The notes below the pieces were generated by a model that saw only the letters and a program-made list of their open reading frames with translations, was not told where the DNA came from and ran no database searches. A DNA stretch of 64,000 bases from a virus. Taxonomy: Duplodnaviria > Caudoviricetes. The DNA is taken from IMG/VR virus record IMGVR_UViG_3300017560_000002, positions 3,587-67,586 of that record; one strand, given 5' to 3'. Below, one piece after another: positions 1 through 8,736 of the stretch; positions within the stretch are counted from its first letter, which is position 1; each line of letters starts with the position of its first letter. A program made the position numbers and the translations under genes.

Positions 1-791
1 TGCTGGTCCGGATAGCAGTCGCCGCTGCTCTTCTCGTCGCCGTTGACTACGATGTTCCCGACGCGGATCGGGAAAGTCCGCAGCACCAGCATCGTCGGGC
101 CGACGAAGTGCGGATGAATTCCGGCGTCGGAAGCCGCCTGCGCGATGGTGCAGTCGCGCGACGTGCAGTGAGGGTAGAACTTGTTGTTGAGGCCGAGACT
201 GATGCCCTGCGGCACTTCGACCAGTACCGACTTGCCCTTCTGCATCGCGTAGTTGATATCGATCCGACGGACGTAGTCGCGGAGCTTCGGATGGTTACGG
301 GCAATGACGCCCGATCGCGACACCTTGCGCGCCAGCGCTTCACCGACGCCCTTTCGGGTGCTGGAAATCGCCGACTGCGGACTGTCGTCCCGGTTCTCCG
401 CGTTCTTGCACTCTTCGGTGATAATCGCGGCGTTGGGATGAATATGGAACCGCTTCGAGTGGTGCCACGGCGCATCGCGGGCCACTTGGTCCATTTCGTT
501 GAAGAGCGTGGACACGTCGATGATCGAGCCGGCATTCAGGTAGACGAGCTCGGAGCCCGGATTGACGAGCGGATAAGTCGGCAGGTGGAATACGACCCGC
601 TTAAGGCCCTTGTGTAGCGAAGTGTGGCCGGCCTGCGCTCCCGCGTTGGTGGTCACGACGTCGAAATTCAGGCTGCGCTCCGCCATGCGGGCGGCCAGCC
701 ACGCCGCCGCTGCACCCTTGGCTTCGGAGCCGTACTGTCCACCGACGATAAACGACGCCTTACCCTTAACCAGAAAGTCCTCGATCTGCAT
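1..791 (-). CDS. purZ: PurZ, adenylosuccinate synthetase-like 2-aminoadenine pathway enzyme (3' end runs off the window)
   Basis: Hand translation from ATG 791: MQIEDFLVKGKASFIVGGQYGSEAKG..NAGAQAGHT..STRKGVG..EVPQGISLGLNNKFYPHCTSRDCT..VLRTFPIRVGN..SSGDCYPDQ. PurA-family motifs with Ser in place of the catalytic Asp of GDEGKG. Not in the ORF track. Confidence 0.92.
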   Translation of the reverse strand, partial: MQIEDFLVKGKASFIVGGQYGSEAKGAAAAWLAARMAERSLNFDVVTTNAGAQAGHTSLHKGLKRVVFHLPTYPLVNPGSELVYLNAGSIIDVSTLFNEMDQVARDAPWHHSKRFHIHPNAAIITEECKNAENRDDSPQSAISSTRKGVGEALARKVSRSGVIARNHPKLRDYVRRIDINYAMQKGKSVLVEVPQGISLGLNNKFYPHCTSRDCTIAQAASDAGIHPHFVGPTMLVLRTFPIRVGNIVVNGDEKSSGDCYPDQ

Positions 792-800
792 TGGTCGCCC

Positions 801-1256
801 CTATTCTCTCTTCAAGAATTCTTGAAGTAGCTCCGTGATCCGATAGTTTCGCACTTCGTGGTTTCCGACGAACGTGTGGTTTATTACGTCGGTTTTGTAC
901 TGGTTCATGGCGCACACGTACAGACCTAGGAAATTTAGGTGCAGGTGTCGCACCGTATTGCCGCCAATAAGCACGCCTGACAGCACGCCGCAAGTCATAC
1001 CGGCCGCGTCGTATTCCCCGAGGATCGTTTGCTGCGGCACCGTCACGTCGAGCTTGAATACGTGCGACTTCACCCGCTTGTTCTTCGGCGCAGCGAACTT
1101 GTTCAGCTTTACTTCGATCAGCGCCGCCTGATAGCCGGGCACCTTGACGAGCAGATCAGGAATGCCGATCAGGAAGCGGTTGGAGAGTTTGTGAGACGCG
1201 CCGCCGACTTCCTCGACTACGTCGATGATCAGACGCTGGAGTTCGACTTCTTTCAC
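801..1256 (-). CDS. PD-(D/E)XK nuclease, VRR-NUC/Holliday junction resolvase-like
   Basis: GIPDLLVK...LIEVK motif; lies in the replication cluster. Confidence 0.7.
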   Translation of the reverse strand: MKEVELQRLIIDVVEEVGGASHKLSNRFLIGIPDLLVKVPGYQAALIEVKLNKFAAPKNKRVKSHVFKLDVTVPQQTILGEYDAAGMTCGVLSGVLIGGNTVRHLHLNFLGLYVCAMNQYKTDVINHTFVGNHEVRNYRITELLQEFLKRE

Positions 1257-1402
1257 CGGGACGTCCTCCAGCGTGACTGATACGCGCCAAACCCGAAGTA
1301 GTGTTCATAGTACGTCCAGCCGCCGTACTCACACTGGTACTTCGCATAGCTGGGCCACAGCTTCCACCAGCTGGGCCAGTACCATTGCCACTCGACGAGC
1401 AT
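1253..1402 (-). CDS. 49-aa Trp/Tyr-rich hypothetical protein
   Basis: ATG 1402 preceded by GGAGG; stop overlaps the start of the next gene. Confidence 0.55.
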   Translation of the reverse strand: MLVEWQWYWPSWWKLWPSYAKYQCEYGGWTYYEHYFGFGAYQSRWRTSR

Positions 1403-1412
1403 CGTTTCCTCC

Positions 1413-3575
1413 CTAGGCTTCGGCGCGTGCCTCACCCTTGGATTTCTTTCTGGTTCCGGTTCCGTTCGCACGCTTGGCGGGTGCGTTGGTAGCGGCGGGC
1501 TTCGGAGCTTCTTTCTTGGGCTTCTCTGGCCCGTACGTGGCGATTGCCCAGTTCGGGCCTTCACCCTCGTCGACGACGATCGGTATGTCGAGGGTGATCA
1601 CGTCGTCCGGACCAAACGACTGCATGATGTCGATGCAGCGGCGGTAGATCGGGCGGTCCTCTTCCGGAAACTGGAAGTCGACGGCGTCGTGGACCGTATT
1701 CAGCATATCGACTGCCGAATCCGCCTCGTCGAGGTATTCCGACATTTCCACGAGCTTGAGTTTCATGCAGTCGGCGTTACCGCCTTGGAGCGCCCGATTG
1801 AGCGCGACGTAGTCCTTGTTGGGATCAAGCAGCCGGCACCGCCGACCCAGCAGCGTAATCAGGTAGCCGCGCTGGCGCATACGCTTCGACATCCGCTTCT
1901 GGATGTCCTTGATTTCAGGCATTGCCCGGAAGTAATCGGCCCAGACGCGATCGACTTCCGCCGGGTCGACCTTGTACTTGCTGACGAGAACGCCCTTACC
2001 GCCGCCGGTAATAATCGTCTGGTTGATGCGCTTGGCGTAGGCGTTTCGGTAGTGCTTCTGTTCGTTTTCGTTCAGGTTGTGCCACTCGCGATTGGCGGCG
2101 ACGGCCACGGCGGTATGAGCGTCGATCGGCGGGCTCGACGTGTAGCCGTTGAAGAGCACCTTGCAGCGTGAATAGTAGGCCAGCAGCCGGGGTTCCATCT
2201 GGCTATAGTCGGTGGACGCCCATATCTTGCCTTCGTCGGGCACGAAAATCGATCGGAAGAGCCGCCCGATCTCTTCGTTGTGCTTAGGCACGGCCTGCAG
2301 GTTCGGACTGTCAGACGACAGCCGGCCCGTAATCGTGCCGAATTCGTCGTTTCTCAACTGGTTGAAATTCGTGTGGACGCGGCCGTTCCACAAGTGCGTC
2401 GTCATCAGCGGCTGGACGAACGTGTCGCGCAGCGTCATAAACTTGCGGAGCGACACGACGGCCCGGCCCGCGTCGTGGGTTTCGAGCCACGATTCCTGCA
2501 TCGACGGCTGACCCTGCGGAAAGCGCTTGCTGGCTGGCGTCATCGGCCAGTTGGTGCAGCCGTGCTTCTCCATCCAGTGCCGCACGTCGTCCGGGCTGCG
2601 GGCGTTGAAATCAGACGGAAACGAATTCAGGAGCCGCTCGATCTCACTCTTAATGTAAGCCCGCAGGCGGCTGAATTCACCCTCGTCGACCTTGATGCCC
2701 TTGACGCTCATGCGCGCCAGCACGTTGATCAGTCGGGATTCGACGTCCCATACGCGCTCAAGCTCCTGCAGCCGCAGTTGCTCCATCTGCCATTCGCGAA
2801 GCTGCCACGTGGTCGTACCGTCGCCGACGGCGTAATCCACCGCCATCGGATCGTCACCGGGCAAGCGCCAGTAGTGACCCATCGCCGACTTTCGTGCCGC
2901 CGCAGCTTCCGGGAACTTCTGGCACAGATACTCCACCATTTCCGCCGACTTCTTCGCCTGCACGCCGGCCACGTTGGCGCAGAACTCGAGCGAGAAGCGC
3001 CCCTGCCATTCGTTGATCAGACAGGCGTTGATCATAGTGTCTTCGGCGCGCGGCCGGAACCGATAGCCGACGCGCGACAGGAATTTCAGGTCGAAGTTTG
3101 CATGGTGAAATGTAAGCGTCGCGCCCTGTTTGTCGAACGCCTCGACGAGTTCCTTTTCGCCCGGCGCAAGCTTGCCGTCCCAACCCTCTGCGTGGGTCGG
3201 CCCGTTGTGTCCACCGACGTTCGCGTTACCAAGATGTCGGAATGGAACGTAGTAACTGTCCTGCGGCTTCGGACCGAACGTCAGCACGTATCCAACGATG
3301 TGGTTGCGCCGCCAGTCGAGGCCGCTGCCCTCCGTGTCAACGGCGATGTTGTTGCTGACCTTTAGCCGATTTAGGACTTCCTGCAGCCTGTCGGAGGCCG
3401 GATCGCCGCCTTTCTTCTTCGTTGAAGAACCGGACGACTTGGCTTGGGCTGTCGGTTTGTTTTCCGGCACATCGGTAGCTGATTTTGATTTTTTTGCCTT
3501 TGTAGTCGTGGACGACTGCGACGCCGGGACACTCTTCGCTGCTAAAGACTTCGAATTTCTGGCTTGGGCTGGCAT
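1413..3575 (-). CDS. Family A DNA polymerase with 3'-5' exonuclease domain (candidate DpoZ)
   Basis: Exo I DTEGSG, Exo II HHANFD, Exo III YAVGD; TITGRLSSDSPNLQ; motif A DYSQMEPR; motif C VHDA; no 5'-3' exonuclease domain. Confidence 0.93.
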   Translation of the reverse strand: MPAQARNSKSLAAKSVPASQSSTTTKAKKSKSATDVPENKPTAQAKSSGSSTKKKGGDPASDRLQEVLNRLKVSNNIAVDTEGSGLDWRRNHIVGYVLTFGPKPQDSYYVPFRHLGNANVGGHNGPTHAEGWDGKLAPGEKELVEAFDKQGATLTFHHANFDLKFLSRVGYRFRPRAEDTMINACLINEWQGRFSLEFCANVAGVQAKKSAEMVEYLCQKFPEAAAARKSAMGHYWRLPGDDPMAVDYAVGDGTTTWQLREWQMEQLRLQELERVWDVESRLINVLARMSVKGIKVDEGEFSRLRAYIKSEIERLLNSFPSDFNARSPDDVRHWMEKHGCTNWPMTPASKRFPQGQPSMQESWLETHDAGRAVVSLRKFMTLRDTFVQPLMTTHLWNGRVHTNFNQLRNDEFGTITGRLSSDSPNLQAVPKHNEEIGRLFRSIFVPDEGKIWASTDYSQMEPRLLAYYSRCKVLFNGYTSSPPIDAHTAVAVAANREWHNLNENEQKHYRNAYAKRINQTIITGGGKGVLVSKYKVDPAEVDRVWADYFRAMPEIKDIQKRMSKRMRQRGYLITLLGRRCRLLDPNKDYVALNRALQGGNADCMKLKLVEMSEYLDEADSAVDMLNTVHDAVDFQFPEEDRPIYRRCIDIMQSFGPDDVITLDIPIVVDEGEGPNWAIATYGPEKPKKEAPKPAATNAPAKRANGTGTRKKSKGEARAEA

Positions 3576-3630
3576 ATTGGTAAACTCTCTTCCACTTGGC
3601 AGATCGAAGTTGACGCAGGGTGATTGACAC
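3337..3630 (-). CDS. Hypothetical protein overlapping the polymerase 5' end in another frame
   Basis: GTG 3630 preceded by the phage leader GACATAGGA (3637-3645); globular-looking composition. Confidence 0.45.
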   Translation of the reverse strand: MSITLRQLRSAKWKRVYQYASPSQKFEVFSSEECPGVAVVHDYKGKKIKISYRCAGKQTDSPSQVVRFFNEEERRRSGLRQAAGSPKSAKGQQQHRR

Positions 3631-3676
3631 GCGGCATCCTATGTCTTGTTACGCAATACTAGCGCGCCTTTCGGCG

Positions 3677-3997
3677 TTAAAAAGGAATCTCGTCGTCCAT
3701 ATCGTCGCCGCCCCGGCGCATGGCGTCATCATCGTCGCCCTCGTCCGACGTATCCGGGAGCTCGTCGCGCGGGACGTTCGGGTCCGGCAGGTCGGCTTCC
3801 GGACAGAACTCGGCGTGCAGGTCCCGCAGCCACTTCCATTGCTTGTCGGACATGAAGATGCGGGAGCCGTAGTTCCCGTGGCGCGTGATCTGGTCGCGCA
3901 CGAAATTGCGCGAGCGCTCCGTCATGTTTTTGGTTTCAGGCTCCAGATTCTGGAGCAACACCGTAAGGTGGTCGTTTTCGCGTTCCGTGATCGGCAT
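3677..3997 (-). CDS. Small acidic protein ending in an SSB-like C-terminal tip (MDDEIPF)
   Basis: ORF track translation; ATG 3997 chosen as start. Confidence 0.75.
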   Translation of the reverse strand: MPITERENDHLTVLLQNLEPETKNMTERSRNFVRDQITRHGNYGSRIFMSDKQWKWLRDLHAEFCPEADLPDPNVPRDELPDTSDEGDDDDAMRRGGDDMDDEIPF

Positions 3998-4096
3998 TTT
4001 GTCCCTAGCCTTATTGAGTGCGCCACGGGCGGCGGCTCTACGCACCGCCCGTGGCTAGCTTCCCGATGCCAACTCTCCTACGGGAAGTTTCCGAGA

Positions 4097-5107
4097 TCAG
4101 AACCGGCGGTGGCCGGTCTGCGGCTTACCGTCCTCGCCGTCGTCGTTCGCGCCGTCGACGTCCTCTTCCTGCAGCGTCTCGATGTCCTTGATCTGCAGGC
4201 CCGTGGTGCGGAATGCGTTATGCATGTCGCGATACAGGTTGTACTGGTCCTCGTCCTCGACCATGCCGTTGCCGACGACGTTGACCGAGTAGAAGTCCTG
4301 ATTCGCGGCGTTGTGGTCAAGGAACGGCGCGAAATCGAACTTGAGGCCGAATATCGGAAGCCGCGTGGTCTTGAGTTTGGTATTCAGCTTCCTGCCGACC
4401 TTGATCAGCGAGCGCTGGAAGGTGAATACTGCCGGCATCAGGTCCGGGTAGTCCGGGAACGCCAGCACGAAATTGTACATCAGCGTCGCGGCCGGCGGCG
4501 AATTCGAGTTGTCCGGGTCGGACGTTCCCCAGTTGGCGAGGCCCGATCTCTCGACGGTCGGCGCGAGTTTCCACGTGACGGTCTTGCCGCCCTGATTGCG
4601 GTTCAGCTGGACCGTGAATTCACCAGCCGACGGCGACCAGTGAATTCCGTCGTCGGCGCGCGCCAGAATGCCACCGCCGCTGTCCTGCGGACGCCACAGC
4701 AAGTAGCGGCGCTCCATGAACACCGGCACCGTCGTCAGCGGGCCTTCGAGTATCTGCTCGGCAGCCGTGTGGAAGAACTGGCCGGGACGCAGGTCGTTGT
4801 AGACGTGGAGCTCCGGCGACAGAGCCTGAATAAGTTTCAGGCGCGGCGTCTCCAAGTCCTCGCGCCCGATCGCTTCCTTGCCGACATCGACGTCCTGTCG
4901 CATGAAGGCCGGCATATTGGCGGTCGAAACCTCTGCCGGCGGCGGCGCGGGCTTGCGGTTGGCGGGCACCGATGACTTGTTGGCGGGCGCAGCGGCGCGG
5001 CGCTCCGGTTCGGGCTCCCGTCCCTGAGAGCGGGCAGCCTGTGCGGCACGGCCTTGCGGCTTTGCGGGAGCGGCGTTTCTCGACGCCGGGGTTGGTGTCT
5101 TTGCCAT
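4097..5107 (-). CDS. Putative ssDNA-binding/annealing replication protein
   Basis: ETPRLKLIQALSPE core, acidic C-terminus, position upstream of the polymerase. Confidence 0.55.
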   Translation of the reverse strand: MAKTPTPASRNAAPAKPQGRAAQAARSQGREPEPERRAAAPANKSSVPANRKPAPPPAEVSTANMPAFMRQDVDVGKEAIGREDLETPRLKLIQALSPELHVYNDLRPGQFFHTAAEQILEGPLTTVPVFMERRYLLWRPQDSGGGILARADDGIHWSPSAGEFTVQLNRNQGGKTVTWKLAPTVERSGLANWGTSDPDNSNSPPAATLMYNFVLAFPDYPDLMPAVFTFQRSLIKVGRKLNTKLKTTRLPIFGLKFDFAPFLDHNAANQDFYSVNVVGNGMVEDEDQYNLYRDMHNAFRTTGLQIKDIETLQEEDVDGANDDGEDGKPQTGHRRF

Positions 5108-5229
5108 CGTAGCTATCCTTTGGTTTCGATGTGCTATGGTTTCGCCTATTTCGGAGCGTCGGGAGTGGCACCGCTAGGATTTGGGGGGCCGAGAAGAGCC
5201 ACCCCCGACGTCCAAGCCGCTTGCGCGGC

Positions 5230-5799
5230 TTACTTGACCGCAGTAACGCTGGTAATGGGCAGATTGACCACGTTAAACAGGTCCTGCGGAAGCTCCTTGT
5301 TCTGGTTCTCCAGCATGTCGCGTGCCAGCGACGACAAGCTGCTGGCGTTGATGGTTTCCGACAACAGGTCGGGAAATTCCTTGCGTACCCACGCGTAAGC
5401 GTCTTCCTTGCGCTTGGAATTGATGCTGGCCCGCATCAGGTAGGCCACGCCGACGCGGAAGCCCTCAGCCAGCGGAACGTTGGTGATGCCGGCCTGCTCG
5501 AAGATTGCCGGAAGCTCCAGCGTCTTGTAGTGCTCGAAGGCCGACCCGACGCCCTTAACCTTGGCGTCGACCGTCGTAACCAGACGGTGCAGGACGGTGA
5601 AAGACCGGGCCAGATCGATCGCCCCGCGTTTCTTCGCAGCGGCGAGTTCCTTCTCCAGCTTCGGTATCAACTTTTCGATGGCGTCGGCGTGCTTGACGAT
5701 CTCCGACGCCACCGGTAGCGCGGCGAGAAGGGACTTCGGAAGGGGGGTAGGCGCGGGCTTAGCGGCAGCAGCCGCCTTAGGCTTGGAAGCCATCGGCAA
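5230..5799 (-). CDS. Conserved-looking phage hypothetical protein of the replication module
   Basis: Leader motif CGAGATAGGAG upstream; helical N-terminal half. Confidence 0.7.
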   Translation of the reverse strand: MPMASKPKAAAAAKPAPTPLPKSLLAALPVASEIVKHADAIEKLIPKLEKELAAAKKRGAIDLARSFTVLHRLVTTVDAKVKGVGSAFEHYKTLELPAIFEQAGITNVPLAEGFRVGVAYLMRASINSKRKEDAYAWVRKEFPDLLSETINASSLSSLARDMLENQNKELPQDLFNVVNLPITSVTAVK

Positions 5800-5823
5800 T
5801 CTCTCCTATCTCGGGAGGGGGAT

Positions 5824-5850
5824 CAAAGCACGCCCCGTGGCGGGCGTCAA
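5824..5850 (-). terminator. Probable intrinsic terminator
   Basis: Minus strand GACGCCCGCCACGGGGCGTGC followed by TTT, right after the stop of 5847..6185. Confidence 0.45.
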
Positions 5851-6185
5851 GCCGCTGCGAGAGGGGGCGGGCAGGTCACGACGACGGGGAAGTACGCACG
5901 TTCCTTGCGATCGTAGCGCAGGACCCGGAATTTCGAGTGGTATCTCGACAGCTTGGCGGCCATCGCCACCAGTTGAAGGTGATCGCCGACGATCAACAGG
6001 TAGTCGCGCTCGGAATTGAAGCGCCGCGCCGCCTCGTCGATGCTGTAGTCTGTGGGGGACGGAATTCGCTCGTCGTCGATTTCGTCGGCGAACAGGTACT
6101 TGGCGCTGACGTACCGGATTTCACCATACCGCTCGGCGTCGGAAATGTCGTCGTTGGTGGGATTTACGGCCCAGACAGTGCTCAT
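5847..6185 (-). CDS. Hypothetical protein
   Basis: ATG 6185 with CCGAAATAGGAG leader. Confidence 0.7.
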   Translation of the reverse strand: MSTVWAVNPTNDDISDAERYGEIRYVSAKYLFADEIDDERIPSPTDYSIDEAARRFNSERDYLLIVGDHLQLVAMAAKLSRYHSKFRVLRYDRKERAYFPVVVTCPPPLAAA

Positions 6186-6332
6186 AGCGGCATTCCTCCT
6201 ATTTCGGTTTACCACCGGCCCGACTAATTCGATCGTAGACGGGGGGCGTCGTTCGATCGTTGACTAGCCGGGCCGGCAGTCCAGTACGGGGCGGATCGGC
6301 CTGCGGGGAAGACCCGCCCCGGCCCGAACTCG

Positions 6333-6770
6333 TTACGCAGCGTCCTTCTTGCTGGCGCGCTTCGCAGTCTTCTTCGCGGTCTTCTTGGCCGCCTTCTTGG
6401 CGGCCTTCGGCGCGGCCTTTTTCACGGCGGCGGGCGCGTCGGCCTCGATCGGAACGTTGACGCGCTGCTCGAGCGACTTGATCGTCAAGTCGCCGATGGT
6501 GACGGCCTCGCCGCGACGAACCCTGCCACGCAGCGAGTTGCCGATCGCCATACGAAACTGGCCGTTGTTGACGTAGTCCTGCCGGTCCATCGGCAGCTTG
6601 TTGGCGCGGACGACGCTCTCGAGCGTCTTGCCCTGCGTCAAGAGCAGGGTCAGCGCGTTGGCGACGGCGTCACCGTTGCTGACGACGGTGCGGGCGTTGC
6701 CGCGCGAGTCCCTGATGCGCGCCTTGCTGTATTCATACTTCGAGGCGTCGATGGTGGTCGTGTCGTTCAT
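6333..6770 (-). CDS. Paralogous-domain protein A with a histone H1-like Lys/Ala tail
   Basis: NNGQFRMAIGNSLRGRVRRGEAV; tail KKAAPKAAKKAAKKTAKK; own promoter. Confidence 0.8.
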   Translation of the reverse strand: MNDTTTIDASKYEYSKARIRDSRGNARTVVSNGDAVANALTLLLTQGKTLESVVRANKLPMDRQDYVNNGQFRMAIGNSLRGRVRRGEAVTIGDLTIKSLEQRVNVPIEADAPAAVKKAAPKAAKKAAKKTAKKTAKRASKKDAA

Positions 6771-6827
6771 TGTCGCTCTCCAAACAAGTTCCCCGGATCA
6801 TTCCGGGTACGCACGCAGGTTGTCGAT

Positions 6828-6856
6828 ACCAAAGCACGACGCGCGGTCCGCGTCAA
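6828..6856 (-). promoter_or_regulatory. sigma70-like extended -10 promoter
   Basis: TTGACG-N17-TTTGGT with TG at the extended position. Confidence 0.5.
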
Positions 6857-6936
6857 TCACTCGGAAGAGTTACCCTCCGGTTGTACTTAATTCCGCCCCG
6901 ACCCTGAAATTCCAAGGCCGGGGCGGTAGTCGGGCC

Positions 6937-7518
6937 TTACGGCCAGACTACTTCGTGGCCCTTGCGGATGCGAGCCCGCAAGCGGTTGGCGATGTTCATG
7001 CGCGCCATGCCGTTGTTGAGATCGTTGTAACGGTCGGCCCACACGTCGTTGGCCTTGGCGAAGCGCCGCAGCAGGACGCGGTCGATCCGGACATTACCGT
7101 CCTCGTCTTCGACGGTGACGTGGTCCGAAATCTGCTGCGACAGGTCGTCGCCGCAACGGTCGTGGAACGGGCGATAAGCCTGCTTGTACTTCTTCTTGAC
7201 GAGCGAGCCGCCCTCGTTTTCCTCTTCCTCGTCGCCGGCCTCGACTTCGCCGTCCTCGTCGCCTTCGCCCTCGTCGTCCTCGACGACCTTCTTGGGCTTC
7301 GCGGCCTTCTTGGGCGCAGCCGCCTTCTTCGCGGCCTTCTTGGGCGCGGGAGCGGCGGCGTTCATCTTCTCGATCGCCAGTTCGACGGCCACCGACCCGG
7401 AGGCGTGGGACGCCAGCAGGCGATCGCCCAGACGGACTTCGACTTCGTTCTCGACGACGTCGAGCGTGAAGCCCAGCTTCTGGGCCTTCTTGACGGTGTT
7501 GTGGTGGATGCGGGCCAT
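6937..7518 (-). CDS. Paralogous-domain protein B with basic PKKAA repeats and an acidic tract
   Basis: ATG 7518 with leader; NNGMARMNIANRLRARIRKGHEV at the C-terminus. Confidence 0.8.
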   Translation of the reverse strand: MARIHHNTVKKAQKLGFTLDVVENEVEVRLGDRLLASHASGSVAVELAIEKMNAAAPAPKKAAKKAAAPKKAAKPKKVVEDDEGEGDEDGEVEAGDEEEENEGGSLVKKKYKQAYRPFHDRCGDDLSQQISDHVTVEDEDGNVRIDRVLLRRFAKANDVWADRYNDLNNGMARMNIANRLRARIRKGHEVVWP

Positions 7519-7561
7519 TTCGGTATCTCCTATTTCAGGGTTGGCAGGTCGGATGAAGGGA

Positions 7562-7747
7562 TCAGGCCGCCTTGGCGGCCTTCGGGGGGAGCCACTGAAT
7601 GTTGATCTCGGGGACGACGCCCTCGAACTTGCCGACGACGCGGCCACGACGGCCATTGAACCGATAGACCTTGCTGACGACGACGCTGTCGAAAAGCTCG
7701 CGCGAAACGCGGAAGGTTTCACGGTCATGGTCTCGGATGATCAGCAT
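7562..7747 (-). CDS. Small hypothetical protein
   Basis: CCCGCGACATAGGAG leader and promoter upstream. Confidence 0.65.
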   Translation of the reverse strand: MLIIRDHDRETFRVSRELFDSVVVSKVYRFNGRRGRVVGKFEGVVPEINIQWLPPKAAKAA

Positions 7748-7787
7748 TTCGGACTCCTATGTCGCGGGCTTCCCTGCCCGTAAAGAG

Positions 7788-7816
7788 AGAATACCACGCC
7801 GAACGGTTCCGCGCAA
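7788..7816 (-). promoter_or_regulatory. sigma70-like extended -10 promoter
   Basis: TTGCGC-N17-TATTCT. Confidence 0.65.
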
Positions 7817-7835
7817 CAGGAAACGTTCGGCGTGG

Positions 7836-7850
7836 TTAACGCCGGGTTAA
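7836..7850. promoter_or_regulatory. CtrA-type box
   Basis: TTAA-CGCCGGG-TTAA. Confidence 0.75.
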
Positions 7851-8119
7851 TCCTCGTCGTCGGTGACGATGTCGACCAGCGGAAAGTCGGAAAGACCACG
7901 CAGGGTTGACGCCAGAGGACAGGCGTTGTCGTCGCAGGCATGCGACCAGTGATCACGGAACAAGACGGTCGGCAACGCCGTCAGACCGTCGAAAATTCCC
8001 GGCAATTCGTTGCGACGATGGCGGAGCCACACGCCGCCGATCAGGGCGTAATGGACGCCCCGATGAAACACGACGCGATCGGGGCGGAACTGCAGGACGG
8101 GATGGACGGTGGCGGTCAT
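7847..8119 (-). CDS. Hypothetical protein
   Basis: GACATAGGAG leader and promoter upstream. Confidence 0.65.
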   Translation of the reverse strand: MTATVHPVLQFRPDRVVFHRGVHYALIGGVWLRHRRNELPGIFDGLTALPTVLFRDHWSHACDDNACPLASTLRGLSDFPLVDIVTDDED

Positions 8120-8149
8120 CAGTTTCTCCTATGTCATAACCGAAATGTA

Positions 8150-8178
8150 AGTAAAACACGGGAGGAACTGCGCGTCAA
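8150..8178 (-). promoter_or_regulatory. sigma70-like extended -10 promoter
   Basis: TTGACG-N17-TTTACT. Confidence 0.6.
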
Positions 8179-8357
8179 GTGTCGTCCGAACGGTCCCGCC
8201 AGCGCTTGTGGCGACGGACGGCGCTGTCAACGGCAGCGCTGCCGTAAGGCGTTTCTCGTCCGTCCTCTTGGGCCAGCTGAATTCCGATGGCCTTCCAAGT
8301 CATTCCGGCTTCCCGAAGAGCCATGGCGCGGTTGACGTCGATCGCCGGGCTAGGCAT
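8175..8357 (-). CDS. Small HTH-like protein, paralogue of 19094..19378
   Basis: DVNRAMALREAGMTWKAIG..LA..DGR. Confidence 0.55.
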   Translation of the reverse strand: MPSPAIDVNRAMALREAGMTWKAIGIQLAQEDGRETPYGSAAVDSAVRRHKRWRDRSDDT

Positions 8358-8736
8358 CGAGTAGCTTCCGGTAGTAGTTCATCAGAAACCGATCGGATTG
8401 TGCCTTGATCGAATGGTCCACCGCCGCGCCTTCCTCGCTGATGCGAGCGACGGCCATCCGGTTTGATTCCTGTCGGCGGTGGACGCAGGCCGTAAATACA
8501 ACGCCACTGTCCATTAACGGCGCGACTTTAGCTGCAGTTTCTCGCGCCACGTAGCCGACGGGTGCGCCGTGCAGGTCACACAGGCGAAGGGCGTTGCGAT
8601 CGTTCGGGTTTTCAAATTCCCGCTCGATCATTAGCGGCTGGCCACCGACGAGCGCGGCGCGGGCTCTACGGCCGGCGACGCCGAACAGCCCGGCACCGCG
8701 AATCTGGCTGATGAAGACTCGACGCAGGGCGGTCAT
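8350..8736 (-). CDS. HIRAN-domain protein
   Basis: REFENPNDRNAL..VGYVARETAAKVAPLMDSG fits the HIRAN pattern. Confidence 0.75.
   Translation of the reverse strand: MTALRRVFISQIRGAGLFGVAGRRARAALVGGQPLMIEREFENPNDRNALRLCDLHGAPVGYVARETAAKVAPLMDSGVVFTACVHRRQESNRMAVARISEEGAAVDHSIKAQSDRFLMNYYRKLLDA

Noticed and set aside
108-617. ORF-track ORFs 47..535 (-) and 108..617 (+)
   Set aside because: Shadows of the real purZ frame, which has no stop inside the window and so was not listed
3620-4975. Long antisense ORFs (also 6598..7605, 27205..28464, 28957..29925, 60929..61975 and others)
   Set aside because: They lie opposite well-supported genes, lack motifs and RBS, and are expected in high-GC DNA
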